In this document: in pieces, positions 35,621-44,390 of the stretch | How positions within the stretch are numbered: position 1 is the first letter of the stretch | Layout: each line of letters starts with the position of its first letter | Source of the DNA: Phoronis australis | Taxonomy: Eukaryota > Animalia > Phoronida | NCBI GenBank assembly: GCA_002633005.1 | Contig: NMRA01001167.1 | Location: 1-44,390 of the forward strand | Direction: 5' to 3' | Length of the DNA: 44,390 nt | Notes under the pieces: model-generated | Databases searched by the model: none | Told to the model about the DNA's origin: nothing | Seen by the model: only the letters and a program-made list of their open reading frames with translations | Translations under genes and position numbers: made by a program

Positions 35621-36700
35621 ATGGGGAAGGACGCATTTTGCAGTGCCATAAATTTCATGAATTCATCCACGAAAACCCCAGACGTGTCATTTTTTAGGTT
35701 TCGTAAGGATCCAGAAAGGTGAGGATTATCTGTTATTCAATAAAATGATACATTGGCATTCATTTTGTGTGTTCTAATCACGGTTGTTAGACAAGTCGAT
35801 CACAGTCCCGTTGCCACTGTTCTGTTGTCTGCAGTGTAGGCTAGGCCTACTGTACAACCGGGCTGCCGGCGGAAGGACTATGATGAACGTACGATCACAG
35901 GCGTCCTCAGCTTCTGATCGTCCCCAATAGACTACATATAATAGTACAAGCTTGTAGTATTATATGTAGTGTATTGGGGACTATCAGAAGCTGAGGACGC
36001 CTGGCGTACGATGTGATCGTCAGCTTTTTGGATACTTGCAGTCCATCAATTCCAAATCAAAATGTCACCCTTACGATCGCAGGGACAATTTTAGGAAAAC
36101 ATACCCATGCCCATGATGGCCATGAGTAATATGACTGGTGACACAGCCATGGCACAATCACAGCCACAGGGCCACTAAGTCTCATGAGTCATGAAGTTAG
36201 CGAATCTGTGGGTCTCGGTGAAAAGGTGAAAAATCCGAACATAATTTTAATGTGCCAGTTGGACCAATTAAGTTAAGCAGTGCGTCTTTGAAAACTTAAT
36301 TCTATGTGTCAACGATGCGGGGGCGCGGCCCTGTTAAAATATCCGTGGATCAATATTTGAGTTCGAGTTTTTTTTCAGTTGACACCAAAACGCTTTTGTC
36401 TCTATCACAATCAACTTGAAGTACGACAGGAATTCTGTAGTGCAGTGTACTTTAGTGTAGGCTACCAGTCTTCTGTGAACCTAGTGAGTATGAGGTTTGT
36501 TCCTGAGTCTCTCAGTCATTGATTTCTCTTCAGGTGCAAGCGCTGGGAGCTGACCTTATGAATAGAGATGCAACGTATTTGTCCAAGAACCGCAAGTTAT
36601 GCTCTCATCACTTCGAGGAGTCCATTTCATGAATGAAGAACAAGCTGGTATTGACTGCAGTGCCCGAACAATATTTGATGTCCTGAATCCACCAAAAATG
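35621..36700 (+). pseudogene. Decayed spliced THAP-domain (transposase N-terminus) gene
   Basis: Exon 35621-35718 MGKDAFCSAINFMNSSTKTPDVSFFRFRKDPER|GTGAG. Exon from 36534 gives RCKRW, then (frameshifted) ADLMNRDATYLSKNRKLCSHHFEES and LTAVP/TIFDV. The second Cys and the conserved Pro are mutated. Confidence 0.85.
35898..36003. repeat. 106-bp near-perfect loopless palindrome
   Basis: caggcgtcctcagcttctgat...tacaag|cttgta...atcagaagctgaggacgcctg, centred on AAGCTT at 35948-35953, with about 3 mismatched pairs. Confidence 0.92.
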
Positions 36701-37791
36701 AAGATGTCAGGGTTAAAAAGTTCTCCGGCAATTATATTACAGCTCTGGAATAGGCTTTTTTGCATTTCTGATTGTCGTCTCACAAAGCAAGTACTGGAAC
36801 ATCACGTGTAGAAAAGACAATTAGTCCGCAAAATCTGGTTTTCGTATTTTACTAAGGTTGATCAGATTGAAACATTTTATGAATGGTTAGCCTGTGATTT
36901 GGAGAGAGCCAAGGTGAAACTGATGGATCATTCAGAGTCTGAGTGGTGGGCTGAAATTTTGTTAAACCCAAGCTATCCGTATCATTTTGCTTCTCAATGA
37001 CAAACACCTCTGTGAGTAAATTAGTTTTCAGCTTTATTTATAACGCATTTCATTGGCGAAAAGTGCAGTTGTTTGCAAGTGAATTAATAGAGAGTGACAA
37101 GGTTGGTCAGATTTTCTTGTTGTATGTGTTGCCTGTTTTGTACGTTTTTGGAGATTGTGATTAATTTAAGCCCCAGTTGTGGCTAAGTAACAGATATGAT
37201 CTTGGTGGTCTAGCTTTAGCTTACCTGAATTATTTACTGTTATTGATATTATGAACAGTGGGTATAGAAAATAAAAATTTTAGTTTTATCATCAGTCTTT
37301 TTAATTCAGGTTTGTATGAAGTTGTGTGGCTAGTGAATATTTTGATTGCTGTTCAGCACCTCTTAATTTTTTGTCATGACATTTTGAGCTTGGACTGGTT
37401 ATGGTGGTGATATACTCAATGTGGGGGGCTCGAATTCCTGACGATGTAGACCTTTTGCTAACAAATGAGTGTGCAGACTAAAAAAAATCGGGGACCACCA
37501 CTGTGAATTGCACGTTTCCGTTTCTTTAGTGGACTTTTGTGTCGTTCAAGCCCCCGAGCCCCCTGGGTGCGCGCGTGGGAGAGTGCAATCGAGTTTACCC
37601 TATGCTGGAATGTCTAAGAAATAACGGGATGTTCTAAAATTATATTACAATTTTGTGGTAGTGATGAATTGCTTTCTTCTTCTTACATGTGTAACACCCA
37701 GTACACCAAACAATTATTCACATTGTTACCACGGTAGTATCCTGGTGCCGCATTGAATAAGGAACACATGCGAAATTGGGTGGAGGTGAAA

Positions 37792-38082
37792 CCAGCAGTG
37801 AGCTGGGAGCAACATGTTTGTCAGTGGTCAGGGGAGCAACCAAAATTTATGACAATGGGAATGGCTCAACACCCATGTGGCATACCCCATTGGTTTTTAC
37901 CTGTTTAGCACTCCTCCCATGTAACCNAATATGGCGGCGTTGCAACTCCAGCAGTGAGCTGGGAGCAACATGTTTGTCAATGGTCAGGGGAGCAACCAAA
38001 ATTTATGACAATGGGAATGGCTCAACACCCATGTGGCATACCCCATTGGTTTTTACCTGTTTAGCACTCCTCCCATGTAACC
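37792..38082. repeat. 135-bp direct duplication spanning an N (37792-37926 / 37948-38082)
   Basis: Copies differ by about one base. N at 37927. Confidence 0.85.
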
Positions 38083-41000
38083 CCCTGGGAGATGGTCAAC
38101 ACCCATTTGGCGCCCACATGCTTTTTGCCTTGTACCCCCTTAGCTGTCACCTGTGGGGAATTACCCTCTGAACCCCCAGGAGCAAACATTCAAATTTTAT
38201 TGTCCATGGAGGTATGAACTGTTATAAGGAAAGATAATTTGCCTTGTTAAGAACTCAAACATGAAACAAAACCGTGATAGATTTTGAAGGGAGCTTCAAA
38301 AGACTAAAAACAAATACACTTTAATATTGATTAAAATACACATTTTCATTCTCATCCGATTATAAGTGGATGTTAGTTTACGTATTCTAACCATTTGCAA
38401 TCATACAGTAATTTTATTGCACGTTGAACGTCATTAAAGTATGAATTCATCAGTGTTTACATTGTTCGGACTGCGCTCCTAAGTAAGTATTGATTATTCA
38501 CCGCTTGGGGCGCTAGTGTTTCGACCGGTAACCATTGCGGCGAATGGTAAAATGGCGGAGTGAACTCTCCTATACTCGTACACTCCTTGATTTGACCCTG
38601 CCGTAACATAATGTACGGTAATCAGCTAATCCTTAAAGTGATAACTAGGGAAGCTTTTAAAAATACTGTAGTGTACACAAAGTAAAAATATCACACAAAA
38701 GTCACATCATAAATGTACAGATTAAGGTAAAATTCGGCAAGCCATTATATGAAGACTATCGCCAACTCTCTGCTAGGTAGCTGTGTGTTGAGTTCCGTCA
38801 GACACCGAAATTTCACACAACCCGGGTAGCTCAGCTCGTCACTTCCTCATGAAACTTATATCAACATGTAGAGCTAACGCCCGATAATGGGGGTGCATGG
38901 CAGAATCTGGTAATCAACTGTTACAGCCGTTTAGGCGAAAAAAAAAACAATCTCTTAAACGTCAGTTTTGCGTAATTCTTAGCCTTTTGCAACAAAGAAA
39001 AGTCTGCCGCCGTTTTGAAAACAGCGCGCTCGTGACACGCCCACACGCCATTTCCTAAAACTTTGCGATATTTCTCAGAATATAATGACAGCTTCGCAAC
39101 ATCAAATTTTGTTCTAAAGTTGGATTTGTTGGTATTAAAATACTAAAAACATGCAACGAAATGAACGCCAATTTTTCCGGAGTGACAAAGATTGTCTATG
39201 ATACAGCTTAAAGTGGCCTTAAAATGTCACTGAACCTGGAACAAATATTGAAATATGAATAATTAAGTACTCCAGATTGGATCAAAAATGTTATCCCTGT
39301 TTTTCAAAAAGATATGGTGATTGGTCTACAGTTTCACATAAAAGTAAATAATTACTATTTTCAGAAACCAAGGGTGTATATAATGAGTATTGCATAAAAC
39401 TGTGTCTTTATTTTTTATCCCTAGCCATAACAATTCTTGGAACGCGTCACTTGTCTGTAAAATATAAAAGTTTTTTTGAGACAACTTCAAACGTTTGTAA
39501 CCCATTTTCAAGCCTTTTTAATTTTGATACTTTCAGCAATTTTAAACTCAGATTACAGGTTCATGGGTCTGTCAAGCATACTTCTAGCCTAAGGTTGAGG
39601 GAACCGTTTTTCTTCTAATAGAAGATATGAAGACTTGGGTCATTTAAAAATGATGGATAATCTTTCTGTTGTTTAAGAGTAATTACAAAATCGTAAGGCA
39701 CCATCAAAAATGCAATTTTCCCAAAAATGGCAGTCATTTGAATTTATAACGACTTGCAACATTTCAAGGCATGAGTTAAGACTATTCAGTCACTGTGAAT
39801 TCGGAAAGTGTAATATATTTTTCGTGGTTTTACAATTGATACAAGTAGCAAAATAGTTTCATGAAATCAACTTGAAGGGATTTCGTGAAGGTTAAGAATT
39901 ACCTCACCATGCTCTTTTCCCCAAACATGTATTACCTGTTATTTCCACACATTCAGTTGTACCAAATATTACAACCCCCCATGCCAATCCCCCCTCGGGA
40001 CCTGAATAAGTAATTTAACAAAATTACTTTAAAAATAGCATGCTGTTCCTTTTCAAAGGCTTTGTTCGTTGTCTCCAATGTTGAAAGTAGGCTTTGACAA
40101 CAGATCTGCACTGGATGGGAAGATCTTGTTCGTTAGCTGCAGTCAAATGCTAAAAACCATTTTTTGTCCATTCAGGGACGGTGCAGAAGCGATGCATATC
40201 TCCTCTGTACGGTACAAGCCTTCAAACCTAAAAACCAAAGGTTACGTGAAAACTGACGTGATAGATTTCCATTTCAACGTGTAATAGATTTACAGAAGAC
40301 ATATGATAGGGAGTAAACAAATAGTCTAATGCAATGGATATTTATCACTCACGTACCCTTTGCCATTGGGATTGGATTGTAATCTTAACTCATTAACCTG
40401 TATCGAGTTGACAGCATAAACATTCAGCATTGATTGACGTAACTGTCTCTGATAAACTTTTAGAAATCATTCCAAACAATAATAATGCTATGATGTACGA
40501 AGAGATCCCGATTGCTACGTCAAGTATCGTATCACATATCACAACATACAAAGATTAACAAGACTCTGGCTGGCGACTGACTGCCGCGAAGTTGACATCG
40601 GCGAGTGCCTCAGTTAACAGGCATCGGTAGAATAATCATGGAATAATCGTTAAAATAATCACAAACCTTACCTTTGTATGAGGTCGTGCTTACTTCCTCT
40701 CATAGAAGCACCCTTTTTACGCAATCTCAGATTCAGTTGGCACAGCTGCAAGCCATTTCACCAGGTATTTAAAGGGCTCGCGAAATCGAGGCTGTTAATC
40801 TATCACCACTAGTACACGCACGCCCTCTAGTTATTGTAGATTTTCCGAATAGCCCCATTAAAAGCTAATCTTGTAAGAATTCGTGATGTTTCAGTGAATT
40901 TAGTTGCAGCCTGAAGTTGGAAAAACTCTATAATCCTATTCCCAAATAGTAAAGTACATTTGACGATTTTTGCCTATCTAAAATAACTGTCAAGGACATC

Positions 41001-42574
41001 GATGAAATTCGGACAGTTCCCAAAAATATGCTCACAATTCAAATGACAATAAATGCATTGATTTTTTAATTAGGCACAAGATTTGTTATTTAAACTCACA
41101 GACAGAAAATCAAAGTAAACGCATAGCTCATGGAATGATTGTTGGCTTCTGATTTACATGATTATGTATCTACGAAAACCGACTGATTGATAGATGACTT
41201 TTGACAATTATTTAGGGAAACACCGTTAGGTATCACCATTTTGTAAAATCATTGGATAGCCGTCAGAAACTTACCAGAAGGTGACCAAGGCGCGAGGAAA
41301 GAGTTCCGAAGAATGAGAACTTATGGTAAAACTTAACTAATTTGAGACATAATATGGACGACAAGTGAAATTTCATTTTATAACTCCTTCCACGGAATAT
41401 GTGTAGCACAGATTTTAATAACATTCCGTGTTCAAATTTTATTCCATGGTAGCCATCAAAAAAGTTTTGAAAAATAGCGGTCATTCACATCAATGTCAGA
41501 GAAGTCCTTGAAATTGAAAAGAGTAAATTTGGCAAGTTTGAAACTGAGATTTTACAGTAAAGATAACAACCTTTCAGAAAAGAATTGTCAGTACCAGTAC
41601 GTTCATGAGGGTAAAATTACGCTCAGCCTGTTAATAACAACAACAGGAAGGTTGTCAACCCTTAGACTTACCAATAACTTAGCCAAAATATAACTCAGTT
41701 GCTCTGTGATGTCACTTCTACTCCAGTTAGCTAAGTCTCCAACCAAAGAGGCCTGAGACATATTGCACGTCAAACCTGCAACAACAGAACACAGTTGACA
41801 GATTAGGCAGCAAGACACTGAGAAGCTGGACAGTCAATAGTAGCGCTGGTGTATCAGGACTCGCATACCAATCATAGATCATGTGAAACGCTTGGTAAAA
41901 GGTACTGTAACGATGGTTTTCATTGGGTGTTGGGAAAATGACACGCGACAGACCTCACATCCAACACGATCTGTGCGTTGAGACATGTACAACTAACAAG
42001 AGCAAGGCGGAGCATTGAAATGCGCCCACGACAGCACCTCAAACGGTATGCTTATACATGGGCATTTTAGTATCATAAAAATGGCAACTAGATGGTGCAG
42101 AATGTGTCACATCTGTCAGAATATAGACAGTAGCGCCGTCTCTGTAATACAACAAGTATTTGCCAACTTTTATGAAAATAAGCAAAGGAACTCCTAAAGG
42201 CTCTTTCATGCTAATGTCGACACGTTGATGTTTTGGGGAGTTGAGGTCAGTACGAACGGTTAACAGTCCTAGATCGAGCATCGGCATTGATATCAACGGT
42301 CAACTTCGGTTGAATAATCACGAATCAAATTAGAAATAAGTTTTATGTCAATTAACACATGTAAATGTTCTGAAATTGTTACATTAAAGAAAGTCTTAAC
42401 TTGCATGGGATGCATCAGCACTACCTTGCGATTACTTCGATGATGACGTCACCTACCCTTTACTTCGATGTCCGTTAACTACCGAAGCCAGCATGAACGG
42501 CTCAGTTAACTTTGTAGTTTACAATCACGCTCCACTCAGACCAGAGTTAAATCAATATGAAAAGGGCCTTAAAA

Positions 42575-43250
42575 TACAGAGGCAAACGTAAAAAACAATT
42601 AAAACTAAGGGGCACAGCTATTCAATCCGATTGGTCTGAAACTAATCATCATCTGTTGCAAAGATCCTTCAAAGGATTAAGGAAATACAGCCATAGATGC
42701 CAATAGGCAAAATTGCCCCTAGGGAGCACCAGAATAGTTGAACACATCTGACAAACAACGTCAGTCAGTCTTTGCATCAGGAACACAACCGTCAATTTTC
42801 ATCCTTTGATTGGTTTGGCAGATAGAGAAGCAGATGCCAAAAACAACAAACATTTAAATGGCCACAAGGTGGCACAGAAACCATCAAACCTGTCCGAAAA
42901 TGAGGCCGTTGTCATCTCCTGATAGAAGCCTATTTGAAGAATTTCATGAAAATACAATTTCATAAATAAATTTCAAAGCCAGAGAGGCAAAGTAAAAAAC
43001 ATTTTCCACTAGGGAGCAAACTGGTATTTGTATCACTTGGACACTTATTTATCGTCGCTCTACATCTTTCAAATTTCACAAAGCTCCTTCAAAGAGAGAA
43101 CGGAAAATAAACGCAAAACAACAAAAAGCAACTAAGTGGCACAGAAAACATATCTGTCTGAAAACTGGAAGGCATTGTCGGCCACAGACGCAGAAGAGAA
43201 TCCCCACTTAAATGGGCAACACACAGTATTCAAATCTGTCCAAAAGTCAA
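42575..43250. repeat. Degenerate tandem array (~75-145 bp spacing) with a ccactagggggcac-like core
   Basis: Cores near 42604, 42717, 42861, 43006, 43131 and 43204, with recurring agaggcaaa..aaaaaaca and ctgtcYgaaaa..ggc..tgtc flanks. Confidence 0.55.
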
Positions 43251-43713
43251 CGATACCGGCAAGTGCTGAATGAAACACGCTCTGGTTTAGGCCTACTGCT
43301 TGTGCAAATTTCTTTAGACACGTCTAGCTAGTGAGATTGCGTGGCTCTGGCCGAAAGACGGTCTCTCCTTTGGCAAATGAACTCTGGTGACACGCACGCG
43401 CTCGCTTACTCGCAGACGAACTTCAAAACAAACGTCACGTGACAACAACATATGTGTTCGTTCAGACATTTTTCTCGCCGTGTTGCCGATCATACATGTA
43501 GATGGCACGATGTTGCACAGATTTGTACTTAAACCTGCCGTTAATCCAGACTCCACGGGAACTTTAAAAACCTTACAGACGCTATTTATAAAACTTAATG
43601 AGGATTTCAGGTACTTNTTCCTCTAAAAATCAAGCATTTCCTTGATTTCTGATGTATCATCCAAGAAAAAAAGGAAAAAAAAAACACGGAGAACGTGTCA
43701 CACAGGAAAAATT

Positions 43714-43786
43714 GCGAGCTTCACAGACTCAAACTCACGACCTGGCTGATAGGACGCGCGTGCTTAACCACTACACCACCGCGACT
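43714..43786 (-). mobile_element. tRNA-derived SINE head
   Basis: Minus strand gtcgcggTGGTGTAGTGGttaagcacgcgcg...gtcgtGAGTTTGAGTCtg has A and B boxes, but no proper cloverleaf. Confidence 0.6.
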
Positions 43787-44390
43787 TCACTAATAAATAG
43801 AAAGTAAGAGACCTACTTGTTTATGGTCCACAACGTTTGCGCGCGAAACCTACTTCTTTTTGTAATGCTTATTACACGTTTTTTATTCTGTGCAATCGGT
43901 TCTTAACAAATTTGTTGTATTTAAAATAATCTTCAAATGCCCAAAAGACCAAATCCATTTTTCGTGTTGGCAATAATGACGGGATTGCTTTGGAAATCGT
44001 CTTAAGTTAAGGCTTGACAAAGAGAGAATTATTTAGTTTCTGAGTGATTCACTAAGGCTTCGATAAAAATTCACGTCTTACCAGCAGCTTCTGTTTTTTC
44101 ATCGTCACTAAGGTTCCATTGTCTTTAAAAAATGAAGTAAAAAATCTCCATTGCACAGTGGAGCAGACGACGGAAACGGAGTCGTAGTGCCCAGCGCCAC
44201 TGCCGGTCGCCTGGGATATCGCGGGAAAGCTTATACTTAGCCATAGTTCCGTTACGAATGCGCCGTGTTCCGAATTTGACACTTGAAATTGGATCTGAGC
44301 CCCCACCCCAAACACTAAAACTGCACACATTCAAATCTTTTTTCATCCGTATAATTTTGATTACCGGGGCAAATTAATAAACTCAACATT

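Larger units (their letters stand above)
35415..38589 (+). mobile_element. Non-autonomous P-superfamily-like DNA transposon with a THAP remnant
   Basis: Left end CAAGGAGTGTAGTAGTATAGGAGAGTTCACT (at 35415, again at 35510). Right end AGTGAACTCTCCTATACTCGTACACTCCTTG ending at 38589. Encloses THAP pseudo-exons. TSD not found. Confidence 0.8.

Noticed and set aside
37776-38171. 131-aa ORF with an internal repeat
   Set aside because: Created by the 135-bp duplication across the N at 37927, with no protein features.

Overview
This is AT-rich animal genomic DNA with spliceosomal GT-AG introns, probably from a marine invertebrate such as a lophotrochozoan (inference). Most ORF-track entries are spurious, and the real genes are spliced. 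Host genes: (1) a probable first coding exon of an unidentified minus-strand gene (502-639), head-to-head with (2) a 4-exon C18orf21/UPF0711 (Rpr2/Rpp21-like, RNase MRP RMP24) homologue, 2072-9095 (+); (3) a C2H2 zinc-finger gene with one coding exon, 11445-12932 (-); (4) a 4-exon DOK/IRS-type adaptor of about 860 aa (PH + PTB + Tyr-rich tail), 20075-28283 (-); (5) a neuropeptide precursor of 96 aa in two coding exons, predicted to release SLDHDDLEMWPFFRY-amide, 32656-34330 (+). Mobile DNA: a decayed APE-RT LINE in C18orf21 intron 1; a 1.74 kb non-coding LTR retroelement with a tRNA-Ser PBS and a PPT (14188-15931); a CR1/L2-type LINE 3' fragment; a P-superfamily-like element with ~31 bp TIRs and a decayed spliced THAP gene (35415-38589); several palindromic MITEs; tRNA-derived SINE heads; and minisatellites. 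Three apparent tandem duplications sit on single-N joins and are probably assembly artefacts. No prokaryotic-type system (CRISPR etc.) is present. The best novelty candidates are the RYamide precursor and the miniature LTR element. All calls were made by eye, with no database searches.
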